NCBI GenBank assembly: GCA_965213625.1
Contig: CBDBZU010000004.1
Location: 3,392,001 to 3,456,000 of the forward strand
DNA from: a bacterium
GTDB lineage: Bacteria > UBA8248
DNA length: 64,000 nt
Direction of reading: 5' to 3'
Shown here: piece by piece, positions 10,281 through 20,741 of the stretch
Numbering within the stretch: the stretch's first letter is position 1
Layout: every line of letters starts with the position of its first letter
Made by a program: the position numbers and the translations under genes
The notes under the pieces: model-generated
Told to the model about the DNA's origin: nothing
The model's input: only the letters and a program-made list of their open reading frames with translations
Database searches by the model: none

Positions 10281-11237
10281 ATGACACACCGCGTCCTGAG
10301 CGTGGATGAGCGCACGAAAACGCAGCCGGCCCGCAGGGCCTTCATGGAGGAATACCTGCACGAGGGATATGCGTTCGTGGAACCCGAATCGTTTGACGAC
10401 GCCGCACTACTTGAGGCGGCCGCGTGCGCGTGCGCGCTCACTACCGGGTTCGCCCCCATCACGCGGGAGATGATGGAGGCGGGGCCTGCCATCAAGGTGG
10501 TCGGCAAGGTGGGCACAGGCGTGGACAACATCGACGTGGCAGCGGCCACCGAACTCGGCATCCCCGTCGCCAACGCGCCGGGGTGGATGCGCTGCATCCC
10601 CGTGGCGGAACACGCGATGGCGCTCACCCTCATCATGGCGCGAAGGCCCTGGCTCTGGCCGGTCGGTGAGCGCAAGCTCCACGTTCAGCTTCAAGGCGCT
10701 GTGCTGGGCATAGTAGGGCTGGGGAACATCGGGGGGGCCCTCGCCAGACGCGCCGCCGCCTTCGAGATGGAGATATGCGCCTACACGCGCACGCGGGGAA
10801 AGTTCAAGCCCCAAGGCTTCGAGGTGGAAGAGTTCGAGACGCTGCACGAGTTACTTGTGCGCGCCGACTTCGTGGCGCTTACCCTCCCTCTCACACCCGA
10901 GAACACGGGAATGATCGGTGATAAAGAACTAGACCTCATGAAAGAGACGGCCTGTCTCGTAAACGTATCGCGCGGCCCCCACGTGGATACCGATGCGCTC
11001 GCGAACGCCATACGCGAGGGAAAAATCGCGGGCGCAGGCCTGGACGTGGTCGAGCCGGACCCACTGCCCGGAGACCACCCGCTCCACGGGTTTCCCAACG
11101 TCGTGATGTCACCCCACAACGCCGCCCAGACCGAAAGCGTCCAGCGTGAGAGCTACAAGCTTTTGTGCGATAATATCAAGCGGGCGGTGGAGGGTGAGAA
11201 AGTCACCTCGCTCGCCAATCCCGAAATTTATGAATAA
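10281..11237 (+). CDS. D-isomer-specific 2-hydroxyacid dehydrogenase
   Basis: GTGVDNID, GIVGLGNIG, VNVSRG, GAGLDV..PDP, SPHNA. Confidence 0.92.
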   Translation: MTHRVLSVDERTKTQPARRAFMEEYLHEGYAFVEPESFDDAALLEAAACACALTTGFAPITREMMEAGPAIKVVGKVGTGVDNIDVAAATELGIPVANAPGWMRCIPVAEHAMALTLIMARRPWLWPVGERKLHVQLQGAVLGIVGLGNIGGALARRAAAFEMEICAYTRTRGKFKPQGFEVEEFETLHELLVRADFVALTLPLTPENTGMIGDKELDLMKETACLVNVSRGPHVDTDALANAIREGKIAGAGLDVVEPDPLPGDHPLHGFPNVVMSPHNAAQTESVQRESYKLLCDNIKRAVEGEKVTSLANPEIYE

Positions 11238-11261
11238 ATCGCGCCGCAGAGGAGATTCCTG

Positions 11262-12398
11262 ATGGAAGATACACCGGTTCGAGGGCTTGAGGGCGTCATC
11301 GCGGCCGACACGAAGATATGCTTCCTCGACGGCGTGAACGGGATTCTGGGGTATTACGGCTACGACGTGCCCGAGATGGTGCGCAAGAAGGTCACCTTCG
11401 AGGAGATCGTCTATCTCCTGTGGCACGGCGAGTTGCCCACCCGCGAGAGACTCAAGGAATTCGACCAGGCCATGAAGGCCGAACGCGCGCTCTCGCCCGG
11501 GATGATGCGCGCTTTAAGGCAGATACCCCCCGGCGAGCAGAGAACGGCGGCGCTGAGAGGCGGCGTGGGGATTCTGGGGCTATTCGACGAAGAGGCGGAG
11601 GACGACTCCTCCGAGGCGAACCGCAGTAAGGCACTCCGGCTCACCGCGAAGATGCCCACCATCGTCGCGGCGCAGCACCGCCTCGCGGCCGGTCTCAAAC
11701 CGCTCAACCCCCGCCGGGGACTCGGGCACGCGGCGAATTTCCTCTACATGATCACGGGCAAGGCACCCGACAAGATCGACGCCCGCGCACTCGACGCCAC
11801 CCTGGTGCTCTATGCGGAGCACGAGTTCAACGCATCGACCTTCGCGACGCGCGTCGTCACCTCCACCATGTCGGATATCTACTCCGCCGTCACCGCGGGA
11901 ATCAGCGCCTTGAAAGGCCCCTTGCACGGGGGCGCCGGCCTCGCGGTGATGGAGACTTTAAGGGAAATCGGCGATATCGAGAACGTGGAGCCCTTCGTTG
12001 AGGCGGCGCTCGCCAGGAAAAGGCTCTTCATGGGCTTCGGTCACCGGGTCTACACAAGGAGCGGCGACCCGCGCGCGAGCGTGCTCATCGAACTGGCCGA
12101 GGAAGTGTGCCGCCAGCCCGGGCGGGACGCCAAGTGGTTCAACATGGCGCGCGCGCTCGACCACGCCGTGCAGAGCCGAAAGGGCGTCATCCCGAACGTG
12201 GACTTCTACTCGGCGCCGCTGTGGCAGGGTCTGGGAATCCCGATGGAGCTGTTCGTTCCCATCATCGCCATGTCGCGCGTCGCGGGCTGGACGGCCAACA
12301 TTCTGGAGCAGCAGGCCGACAACCGCCTCATCCGCCCCCGGGCGCGCTACACCGGCCCCGAAAAGCGGCGCTACAGGACATTGAGAAGCCGTGGCTGA
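11262..12398 (+). CDS. citrate / 2-methylcitrate synthase
   Basis: GLEGVIA, EHEFNASTF, LKGPLHGGA, MGFGHRVY, PNVDFYS, RLIRPRARY. Confidence 0.93.
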   Translation: MEDTPVRGLEGVIAADTKICFLDGVNGILGYYGYDVPEMVRKKVTFEEIVYLLWHGELPTRERLKEFDQAMKAERALSPGMMRALRQIPPGEQRTAALRGGVGILGLFDEEAEDDSSEANRSKALRLTAKMPTIVAAQHRLAAGLKPLNPRRGLGHAANFLYMITGKAPDKIDARALDATLVLYAEHEFNASTFATRVVTSTMSDIYSAVTAGISALKGPLHGGAGLAVMETLREIGDIENVEPFVEAALARKRLFMGFGHRVYTRSGDPRASVLIELAEEVCRQPGRDAKWFNMARALDHAVQSRKGVIPNVDFYSAPLWQGLGIPMELFVPIIAMSRVAGWTANILEQQADNRLIRPRARYTGPEKRRYRTLRSRG

Positions 12399-14373
12399 AC
12401 AAGGCGCACGCAGCCTCACGCAAAAGCTCATCGACGCGCACCTCGTCTCGGGCGCATCGAGAACGCCGGGCGAAGAAGTCGAGATACGCATCGACCAAGT
12501 GCTGCTGCAGGACGCCTCCGGCCCCACCGCCCTACTCCACTTCGAGGCGATGGGCTTTGCGCGGGTGAAGCAGAAGATAGCCGTCATGTACGGCGACCAC
12601 CAGACCATCCAGGTCAACAGCCTGCACACCGACGCCCACCGCTTCATGCTCGGATTCTGCCGCAAGCACGGCATCCATTTCTCGAAACCCGGAAACGGCA
12701 TCTGCCACAACGTACACCTGGAGGAATTCTCCGTTCCGGGCGAAAGCCTCCTGGGCACGGATTCCCATACGCCCCAGGGCGGCGCGGTGGGAATGCTGGC
12801 GATCGGCGCCGGCGGCATGGACGTGGCGACCGCCATGGCGACGGGGGCGACAATCATCCCGCGTCCGGCCATCGTCGAGGTTAGGCTTTCGGGAAAACTG
12901 AAAGCCTGGGCGACGGCGAAAGACGTGATTCTCGAACTCCTGCGCCGCCTCGGCGCGCGCGGCGGAATCGGCAAGTATTTCGAATACACAGGCCCCGGCG
13001 TCCGCACCCTCTCGGTGCCGGAGCGCTTCACGGTCGCGAGCATGGGCACGGAACTGGGCCTCACGGGCAGCATCTTCCCGAGCGACGCGCAAACCAAATT
13101 GTTCTACGAGCGCATCGGCCGCGTGTCAGACTGGAAGCCGCAGGAGGCGGAGGCGGACGCCGCGTATGACGAGAGGATCGAACTCGACCTCTCAGACGTC
13201 CAGCCGCTCGTCGCCCTGCCCTCGAACCCCGAGAACGTGGCGCCCGTCACCGAAGCCATCGGCACGCCTATCCACCAGGTCATCATAGGTAGCTGCACGA
13301 ACGGCACGTTCACCGACGTGGCCTCTTTCGCGCAGGTGCTCAGGGGCCGCAAGGTGGCCGACGGCGTAGACGCCATCGTCTTTCCGGGAAGCAGGCAGGC
13401 TTTTGAGGAACTCGCGCGAGAGGGCCACCTGGCCGACCTGCTGGCCGCAGGCGTCTGCGTATCTGAATCCACGTGCGGCTCATGCCCCGGCTACGCCCAC
13501 ATCCCCGCGCCGGGCATGAACTCCCTGCGCGCTTTCAACCGGAACTTCAAGGGCCGCTCGGGCCTGAGCGAGGACGCCGTATATCTCGCGAGTCCGGAAC
13601 TGGCCGCCGTCGCCGCACTGTACGGCGAGATAAGAGACCCGAGGGATGAGGGCAAGGCGCCGGACGTTCTACTGCCCTACCGCTTCGCGAGCGACAAGAC
13701 GGGAATCGTCGCGCCTGCGGATGATCCCGCGGCGGTGGATATCATCAGAGGCCCGAACATCCAGCCCGTCCAGGTGGGCGAGGCGCCCGGGGATTCCTAC
13801 ACGGGAGAGGTCCTCATCAAGCTGGGCGACAACGTCTCGACCGACCACATCAGCCCGGCGGGGGTCGACGCCATCACCTACCGGACGAACATGCCCGCGC
13901 TGGCCGACTTCACCTTCAGGCGCGTGGACGAGACCTTCGCCTCACGCGCGAGGGAGGCGGGCGGCGGCATCATCGTCGGGGCGAAGACATACGGGCAGGG
14001 CTCGGCGCGTGAGCAGGCGGCCATCTGCCCGATGATACTCGGCGTCCGCGCCGTCATCGCCAAGAGCTTTGCGAGAATCCACCGGGCGAACCTCATCAAC
14101 TGGGGCATCCTGCCTCTCACGTTCGTCGATGAGGAGGATTACGAAAAAGTGGACTCCGGGCAGAAGCTCTCCATCTCGAACATCGAGGATTCGCTACTTA
14201 CCGGCTCATTCCAGGTCGAAAACCGCGAGACGGGCCACGTCTTCGGCACCGCGTGCGCGCTTACCGATCGCGAGAGGCGCATGCTCGCCGCGGGGGGCGC
14301 GCTGGCCCTGGCGCGCATTGAGGGGGGAAGCGCCGACGCGACGAACCCCTCCCCGGCTCGGGGCGGCGCATGA
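12391..14373 (+). CDS. aconitate hydratase (short aconitase: Fe-S domains then swivel domain)
   Basis: DSHTP, IGSCTN, CGSCPG, NRNFKGR, STDHISPAG, YGQGSAREQAA, SFARIHRANL. Confidence 0.92.
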   Translation: MAEQGARSLTQKLIDAHLVSGASRTPGEEVEIRIDQVLLQDASGPTALLHFEAMGFARVKQKIAVMYGDHQTIQVNSLHTDAHRFMLGFCRKHGIHFSKPGNGICHNVHLEEFSVPGESLLGTDSHTPQGGAVGMLAIGAGGMDVATAMATGATIIPRPAIVEVRLSGKLKAWATAKDVILELLRRLGARGGIGKYFEYTGPGVRTLSVPERFTVASMGTELGLTGSIFPSDAQTKLFYERIGRVSDWKPQEAEADAAYDERIELDLSDVQPLVALPSNPENVAPVTEAIGTPIHQVIIGSCTNGTFTDVASFAQVLRGRKVADGVDAIVFPGSRQAFEELAREGHLADLLAAGVCVSESTCGSCPGYAHIPAPGMNSLRAFNRNFKGRSGLSEDAVYLASPELAAVAALYGEIRDPRDEGKAPDVLLPYRFASDKTGIVAPADDPAAVDIIRGPNIQPVQVGEAPGDSYTGEVLIKLGDNVSTDHISPAGVDAITYRTNMPALADFTFRRVDETFASRAREAGGGIIVGAKTYGQGSAREQAAICPMILGVRAVIAKSFARIHRANLINWGILPLTFVDEEDYEKVDSGQKLSISNIEDSLLTGSFQVENRETGHVFGTACALTDRERRMLAAGGALALARIEGGSADATNPSPARGGA

Positions 14374-14374
14374 T

Positions 14375-15523
14375 ATGGGCCAAATAAAATATCCGGCGGT
14401 GTTCATGCGCGGGGGCACGAGCCGCGCCATCGTCTTTCACGAGAAAGACCTGCCGGAAGACCAGGCTGAGCGCGACGCCATATTCCTGAAAGCCCTGGGC
14501 AGCCCAGACCCGAACGGACGCCAGCTCGACGGTTTGGGGGGCGGGATATCCTCTTTAAGCAAAATCGCAATGGTAGCGCCCTCCGAGCGAGCGGATGCGG
14601 ACGTGGATTTCACCTTCGCGCAGGTGGGCGTGACGGATGAGACCGTGGATTACGTCGGCACCTGCGGGAACATATCGAGCGCGGTGGGGCCGTTCGCAGT
14701 GGACGAAGGACTCGTGCGGGTGAATGGGGGCGATAACGCCACCGTGCGCGTCTACAACACGAACACGAGCAAGACCTACCACGCGCGGTTTCCGGTGGAA
14801 GACGGCGCAGCCAGCGTGGGCGGTGCGTACGAACTGCCGGGCGTATCGGGCGCAGGCGCGCAAATCACGCTGGAATTCATGGACCCCGGCGGCGCGGCCA
14901 CGGGCAAGCTCCTGCCCTCGGGCAACGCGGTGGACACCTTCGAGATCGAAGGGGTGGGAAGAGTCGAGGCGAGCATGGTGGACGCCACCAACCCGATGGT
15001 GTTCGTACGCGCCGCCGACTTAGGCCTCACCGGCGGGGAAGGCCCCGGCCTCATCGACGCCCGAGTCGAGGTGATGGTGAACCTGGAGCAGATACGCGCC
15101 GAGGCGGCGGTGCGCATGGGGCTTGCGCGCGACAGGCGAGAGGCTTCCGAGAGCGTGCAGGCGGTGCCGAAGGTGGTGCTCGTAGCGCCTCCCCTGGAAT
15201 ACATGGACTTGAAAGGCGAGATAATCGCGGCGGATGACTGCGACATCGCGGCCCGCATCATCTCGATGGGGAAGACCCACCGCGCCTTCGCCCTCACGGG
15301 CGCGATGTGCCTGGCCGTCGCCGCGCGGATTCCGGGTACCGTGACACACGAGGCCGCCCGAGGTGGGGACGGCGACATCCGGCTGGGGCATCCTTCCGGC
15401 GTCCAGACGATAAACGCGGTGGTCTCGGACTCGCCCGAAGGCCCCCTGGCCGAGAAGGTAATCGTCTACCGCACGGCGCGAAGGCTCATGGAAGGAATGG
15501 TCTGCGTGCCCGCGACATCCTGA
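14375..15523 (+). CDS. prpF: PrpF-family isomerase
   Basis: MRGGTSRA, LGSPDP..RQLDGLGGG.SSLSK, CGNISSAVG, RTARRLMEG; ATG at 14375 just after the aconitase stop. Confidence 0.9.
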   Translation: MGQIKYPAVFMRGGTSRAIVFHEKDLPEDQAERDAIFLKALGSPDPNGRQLDGLGGGISSLSKIAMVAPSERADADVDFTFAQVGVTDETVDYVGTCGNISSAVGPFAVDEGLVRVNGGDNATVRVYNTNTSKTYHARFPVEDGAASVGGAYELPGVSGAGAQITLEFMDPGGAATGKLLPSGNAVDTFEIEGVGRVEASMVDATNPMVFVRAADLGLTGGEGPGLIDARVEVMVNLEQIRAEAAVRMGLARDRREASESVQAVPKVVLVAPPLEYMDLKGEIIAADDCDIAARIISMGKTHRAFALTGAMCLAVAARIPGTVTHEAARGGDGDIRLGHPSGVQTINAVVSDSPEGPLAEKVIVYRTARRLMEGMVCVPATS

Positions 15524-15621
15524 AGCGGGCGCAGGAACACGCCCGTGCTCTTAACACCTCCGTAGAAAACCCTTGTTTTCACGCCGGCTCAATGCAGCTT
15601 TCATCCGCAGGGATCGCATGT

Positions 15622-15844
15622 GGGGTTGTTGAAAACCCCGCAATGCCGGTATGACGGCGACGGGATATCGCCTTGCCGGAGGGAGTTTAGGGGTCGCATA
15701 CATGCGACCCACATACCACGGTCGGGGAGGGCCGCATATATGTAGCGCTCCCAAGAAGGGAGCGCTACCTACAACAGAAACGGCATTGACGCAGGTATTA
15801 AAGCAATGGTCAAAGCAGAGCGAGAAAAACTTTTTCAACAGCCC
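15622..15844. mobile_element. MITE-like element with IS1182-type ends containing REP-like hairpins
   Basis: Ends GGGGTTGTTGAAAA…TTTTTCAACAGCCC resemble the IS end at 49690. Confidence 0.6.
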
Positions 15845-15974
15845 ATCATCAATCGCGTTTGACCTTCGTCCGCTACTCAGAGTGAGGAGGAGAGGCGGGT
15901 TGCTCGGGGTGGGATGGTGGTTTCGCAGCCGGACAGGCGCAGGAGCCTGTCCGGGGACCCGCGCATCCGCTCGC

Positions 15975-16850
15975 CTACCTCCGCTCCCCCGTCACGAGCC
16001 ACACGCCCGCCGCCGTCAGACAGGCGCCGATCAGCAGATGCCAGCCCAGTTGCTCGCCCAGATAGAGGGCGCTGCCCATCACACCGACGATGGGCGTCAT
16101 GAAGAAGAACACCGATATCTTGGCGGGCGAATACCTGAGCAGCAGATGTCCCCAGTAGGCCAGGAGCAGCGCGCTCGCCAGGACGCCCATGTAGAACACC
16201 GCGAAAATCTGCGGCCCGCCGATATGGCTGATACCGAAATTCGGTTGAGAGAATGACAAGAAGAAATAGGTCGGCGCGCCGATGAGCATGGACCATCTGG
16301 CGATCGAGGTGACGTCGGATTTGCCGAGATAGCGGCGGTAGTGGATCGTCTGCGTCGCCCATCCTGCGGCAGCGATGAGGATGAAGAAATCGGCCTGCAT
16401 GGAGCCGCCCGCGTCGAGGCTGTTCGAGAACACAGTAACGGTGCCCGCCATCGCCGTCGCGAAGCCGAGCGCCCGCACAAGGGTGATGCGCTCGCCCGTG
16501 AGAAAGAGGGCGCTCAGCAGCATCACCCAGACGGGCTGCGTGTAGAGCAGCACCGAGGCGCGCGCGGCGGCGGTTCCGAACATCCCCTGGTAGAGGAACC
16601 AGACGTAGGCGTTGTGCATGAGGGCGTTCAGGATGCGGTGGCCCTTCTCCTTCCAGGGGTCGTGGTAGGTCACGCTCTCGGGGATGCGCATCACCAACCT
16701 GTAGAGCGTGAGGGTCAGCACCCCCGCGCAGCAGCGCATCCACACGATGGCGTAGGGGGTGAGACCTGAGTAGGCGCCCTTGATGACGGGCTGCGCCATC
16801 CCCCACACCGTCGTGAGGAGGAGCGAGCCCAGCACCAGTTCGAGCGTCAT
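15975..16850 (-). CDS. EamA/DMT family transporter
   Basis: About 10 TM segments, ARASVLLYTQP, ISVFFFMTPIVG. Confidence 0.9.
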   Translation of the reverse strand: MTLELVLGSLLLTTVWGMAQPVIKGAYSGLTPYAIVWMRCCAGVLTLTLYRLVMRIPESVTYHDPWKEKGHRILNALMHNAYVWFLYQGMFGTAAARASVLLYTQPVWVMLLSALFLTGERITLVRALGFATAMAGTVTVFSNSLDAGGSMQADFFILIAAAGWATQTIHYRRYLGKSDVTSIARWSMLIGAPTYFFLSFSQPNFGISHIGGPQIFAVFYMGVLASALLLAYWGHLLLRYSPAKISVFFFMTPIVGVMGSALYLGEQLGWHLLIGACLTAAGVWLVTGERR

Positions 16851-16891
16851 TCCCAAATCGGCGGATGGTTTCGGTGAGGCCGGGTGTCTGT

Positions 16892-17302
16892 TCAATCGTT
16901 CTCCCCGGAGGCGCGGGGCCGCTCGCATATCTCGACGCGGATGTTCTCGGGTCCCTTGATGAAGGCGATCATGCGGCCGCCCACGCCCGCGGGCACGGGG
17001 GCCATGTCAACCTCCGCACCGCGCTCTACCAAGCGAGCGACGCTCGCCGCCACGTCGTCCACCGCGACACCTAAGTGATCCAGGCCGTGCGTGAGCTCGG
17101 GCGCGACGGCGTCCGGCTCGTCGCCGGGGCGGTAGCCCCGGATGCGCAGGTCTCCCTCGCCCAGCTTGTAGATGGCGTAGGGCGCGCCCTTGAAGTCCTC
17201 CTCGTAGGAGATGCACTCGAGGTCGAAGACATTCTCGAAGAAATCCGCCATCGCGCGGACATCGCGCGTCAGGAAATGGACGTGGTCGTACCTGAATTCC
17301 AC
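16892..17302 (-). CDS. VOC/glyoxalase family protein
   Basis: YDHVHF, GLDHLGVAVDDV, AFIKGPENIRVE. Confidence 0.88.
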   Translation of the reverse strand: MEFRYDHVHFLTRDVRAMADFFENVFDLECISYEEDFKGAPYAIYKLGEGDLRIRGYRPGDEPDAVAPELTHGLDHLGVAVDDVAASVARLVERGAEVDMAPVPAGVGGRMIAFIKGPENIRVEICERPRASGEND

Positions 17303-17470
17303 AATAAACTCCTTTCGTGATTGTTCAACTTCACACGCTCATATTACGCTGAACCGAGAATCCCACAGGAAGCGCGGTTTGCACAAACGATTTCCACTTT
17401 GAGGGGTCGGGTATCCCGAGGGGGAATGCCGATGAAAAAGTCCGTAAGGAGAGCATGCAAGCAGTTGGTT

Positions 17471-17545
17471 TGTAGGGACAACCCTCCGTGGTTGTCCATT
17501 TGCAGGGTGGTTACAATCAGGACAGGCACGGAGGCCTGTCCCTAC
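17471..17545. repeat. GTAG-type REP doublet
   Basis: TGTAGGGACAACCCTCCGTGGTTGTCC … GGACAGGCACGGAGGCCTGTCCCTAC; same family at 24919 and 27879. Confidence 0.75.
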
Positions 17546-17650
17546 GGTCGCCATTCGAGGGGGATGCGTAGGGGGTGCTGGTCGGGATTGACCCACCGCG
17601 CGGCATCGGGCTTCGCAGAACGCTTGAGGCCCTCATACCGGTGCCCTTAA

Positions 17651-17736
17651 CCCTCACCCTGAGTAGCCGCCGAAGGCGGCGTATCGAAGGGCGCTCCCTC
17701 GATACGGCGCGCAAGCGCGCCTACTCGGGATGAGGG
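17651..17736. repeat. palindromic intergenic repeat (second family)
   Basis: CCTCACCCTGAGTAGCCGCCG.AGGCGGCGTATCGAAGGG…GATACG…CTACTC.GGATGAGG; second copy at about 18793-18908. Confidence 0.75.
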
Positions 17737-17796
17737 AGTGGTGAATTCCGACCGAGGATAACTGTTTCAACAACTCACCTTGAAGAAAGGATACCC

Positions 17797-18708
17797 ATGC
17801 CGAAAACAAAAATCATTGGCGAGGAGCACCGGGCGCATCGAGACGGAGCCGACTTGTTCTTGTGGAGAAAGCGAAATGCGGGCCTCGAAAAACCGGGGGA
17901 CGCCGTACTCCTCGTGCACGGTTCGTCCATGGCCTCCACGCCCACTTTCGACCTCCAGGTGAAATCGCGGCCCGGATACTCCCTGATGGACTATCTCGCC
18001 GAACGCGGCTACGACGTCTGGTGCGTGGACTGCGAGGGTTACGGGAGGTCCACCAAGTCGAGGCGGGTCTCCTGCGGCATCGAGCGCGGCGCGGGGGACC
18101 TCCTCGCGGCGGCGAACGTGATCCGGCGAGTGAGCAGAAAGAACGCGCTTCACCTCTACGGCATCTCGTCCGGCGCGCTGCGGGCCGCGCTTTTCGCGCA
18201 GAAAAACCCCCGGCGCGTGAAGCGGCTCATCCTGGACGCCTTCGTCTGGACGGGCGAAGGAAGCCCGACCCTCGCGGAGAGAAGCAAGCGGTTTGAGGGC
18301 GTGGCCTCCACGTCGAGAAGGCCCGTGAACCCGGCGTTCATCAAGACCATCTTCACGCGCGATCATCCCGGCACGGCGTACCACGACGTCATCAATGAAT
18401 TCGCAGAGGCCATCTGCGAACTCGACGACACGATCCCGAACGGCACCTACATCGACATGTGCGAGCGCCTGCCGTTGGTGAACCCCAAGAAAATCACCGC
18501 CTCGGTGATGATTACGCGCGGGCAGTTCGACGGAATCGCCCATCTCGACGACCTTGTGGAGTTCTTCAAGCTGCTGCCGAACCCGGACAAGCAGTTCGTC
18601 GTGATGCCCGGGATCGCGCACGCGAGCCTGCAGGAGAAAAACCACGACATCGTCTACTACCTGATCGAGCGCTTCTTCAGCCAGCCCGCGCCCGTTTTCA
18701 AGGGTTGA
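17797..18708 (+). CDS. alpha/beta fold hydrolase
   Basis: LLVHGSS, DCEGYGRS, GISSG nucleophile elbow, GIAHA. Confidence 0.88.
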   Translation: MPKTKIIGEEHRAHRDGADLFLWRKRNAGLEKPGDAVLLVHGSSMASTPTFDLQVKSRPGYSLMDYLAERGYDVWCVDCEGYGRSTKSRRVSCGIERGAGDLLAAANVIRRVSRKNALHLYGISSGALRAALFAQKNPRRVKRLILDAFVWTGEGSPTLAERSKRFEGVASTSRRPVNPAFIKTIFTRDHPGTAYHDVINEFAEAICELDDTIPNGTYIDMCERLPLVNPKKITASVMITRGQFDGIAHLDDLVEFFKLLPNPDKQFVVMPGIAHASLQEKNHDIVYYLIERFFSQPAPVFKG

Positions 18709-18748
18709 AGGCGCCCGGCGGCGGGAATGGCCCCCGGGCGCAGCGCAC

Positions 18749-18933
18749 GGGGTTGTTGAAAATGCCTGTCTGCGACCCCCGCAAGCCTCTTTCCTCACCC
18801 TGAGTAGCCGCCGGAGGCGGCGTATCGAAGGGCGAGGGAATCGAACGCCCCGCGCCGATGCGAGAAGACATCCTTCGATACGCAGCTTCGCCGCTACTCT
18901 GGATGAGGCAGAGAGGACTTATTCAACAACCCC
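18749..18933. mobile_element. MITE-like element with IS1182-type ends enclosing a palindromic repeat
   Basis: GGGGTTGTTGAA…TTCAACAACCCC terminal inverted repeats. Confidence 0.65.
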
Positions 18934-19068
18934 ACACCCTCCCTCGCTTGATTCGGGCGGGGCAATGGGGCTAGATTAGGGCCATCTATTCGTACAGACG
19001 GCAGGGGCGAGAACGTCCCTTATCGAAAAGCGAATGAAATCTTATCCCTCAAGCAGAAAGGCTTATTT

Positions 19069-19890
19069 ATGGAAACCCAGGACTGGTATTCCGTCAACAA
19101 TTTTGCTCCGGGCAGCTACCAAATCACCGAGGGCGGCAGGTTCAACATGCTCCTCCTGGTGGGAGACGAGAAGGCGGTCGCCATCGACGGCGGCATCGGC
19201 ATCGCGAATCTGAAGAAACTCTACGAGAGCATTACGGACAAGCCCATCGACTTCGTCCTCACCCACACGCACTGGGACCACGTGGGCGCGGCCTCGCAGT
19301 GGGACAGCGTGGGCGTACATCCCGTTGGCAAGGACCTCCTCGCCAACGATTTGTCGAAACTCGAACAAGGCTTCCTGAACATGTGGAAGAACAACGGGAA
19401 CACCTTCCCCGACTGGTTCGACGAGGACGCCTACGGCATCAAGCCCGCCACGTTCGGCTGGACGCTCTCAGAGGGCGACACTTTCGACCTGGGCAACAGG
19501 AAGTTCCACGTCTACGAGACGCCCGGGCACTCCCCGTGCAGCATTTCGCTCTATGACGAGCGCGAGAAGATTCTCGTCTCGGGCGACCTGATCCGTTGTG
19601 AGGAATACCTCTTCTTACAAGTGCCCACGGCGGTGCTCTCCGACTATGCGCCCTCGCTGCGGAAGCTCGAGAAAGTCGCCGCGGAGAACGAGGTGCGCTG
19701 GATCACCTCGGGCCATACCGACCCCTACCCCGACCCCTCCATCATCGGCGAAATGGCGCAGAACATGGAGGATCTCGAAGCGGGCAAGTGCGAACCGCCC
19801 GCCAAGGTGGACGGCGGCGCATGGGGCGAGGTGGACGAGTACGTGTTCCCCCGCGTGAAGGTGTGGATTCAGGACCACGCGAGAAAGTAA
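19069..19890 (+). CDS. MBL-fold metallo-hydrolase
   Basis: THTHWDH, TPGHSP, SGD, SGH. Confidence 0.92.
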   Translation: METQDWYSVNNFAPGSYQITEGGRFNMLLLVGDEKAVAIDGGIGIANLKKLYESITDKPIDFVLTHTHWDHVGAASQWDSVGVHPVGKDLLANDLSKLEQGFLNMWKNNGNTFPDWFDEDAYGIKPATFGWTLSEGDTFDLGNRKFHVYETPGHSPCSISLYDEREKILVSGDLIRCEEYLFLQVPTAVLSDYAPSLRKLEKVAAENEVRWITSGHTDPYPDPSIIGEMAQNMEDLEAGKCEPPAKVDGGAWGEVDEYVFPRVKVWIQDHARK

Positions 19891-19909
19891 CCCTCTGAAA
19901 AGAGACGCC

Positions 19910-20725
19910 ATGGACACGCAAGGCTGGTATGAGGTCATAGAGTTCGCGCCGGGCGCCTATCAGATATCAGAGGCCGGGCGGTGGAACATGTTCCTCCTCG
20001 TGGGCGAGGAGAAGGCGCTTTCGCTCGACGGCGGAATCGGCGTGGGCAGCGTGCGCAGGCTCTGCGAGTCGATTACCGATCTGCCGGTTGAGCACGTCCT
20101 CACCCACACGCACTGGGACCACGTGGGCGCGGTGCATGAATGGGAGGCGGTGGGCGTTCACCCGAATGGCAAGGACAAGCTGGCAAACGACTACAGCGCG
20201 GGTTGCAAGGATTTCGTCCAGACGTGGACCGGCAAACCCTTCCCCGAAGGGTTCGACCCCGAGACCTTCACCATACCGCCCGGAAAATTCGGCCGGGCGG
20301 TTTCCGAAGGCGATACGATCGACCTCGGCGGCAGAAAGATTCACGTATACGACACGCCGGGACACTCGCCTTGCAGCATCTCGCTCTATGATGAGAAAGA
20401 GCGCGTCCTGATCTCGGGCGATCTGGTGAAGCCCGGCCAGCCGCTCTTCATCCAGGTGCCGACGGCCGTCCTGTCCCAGTACGGGCCTTCGATGCGAAGG
20501 CTCCAGAAAATCGCGGAAGAAAACGACGCCAGATTCGTCTGCTCGGGCCATACCGACCCGTGTGAGGATATCGCCGTCATCGGGCGGATGGCGCAGTTCG
20601 TGGAAGAAGTAGCTGCTGGAGCGCACGAGCCACCCGCCAAGGTGGAAGCAGGCAAATGGGGCGTCGTGGACGAGTACGTAGCAGATGGCTTCAAGGTTTG
20701 GACGAACGATAACGCGAGAAAATAG
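19910..20725 (+). CDS. MBL-fold metallo-hydrolase (tandem paralog)
   Basis: Same motifs; colinear with the preceding gene. Confidence 0.92.
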   Translation: MDTQGWYEVIEFAPGAYQISEAGRWNMFLLVGEEKALSLDGGIGVGSVRRLCESITDLPVEHVLTHTHWDHVGAVHEWEAVGVHPNGKDKLANDYSAGCKDFVQTWTGKPFPEGFDPETFTIPPGKFGRAVSEGDTIDLGGRKIHVYDTPGHSPCSISLYDEKERVLISGDLVKPGQPLFIQVPTAVLSQYGPSMRRLQKIAEENDARFVCSGHTDPCEDIAVIGRMAQFVEEVAAGAHEPPAKVEAGKWGVVDEYVADGFKVWTNDNARK

Positions 20726-20741
20726 CGGAGGATCAACCCAA

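Noticed and set aside
17390-17760. Possible riboswitch or structured ncRNA
   Set aside because: The structure is explained by REP-like repeats that recur elsewhere in the window
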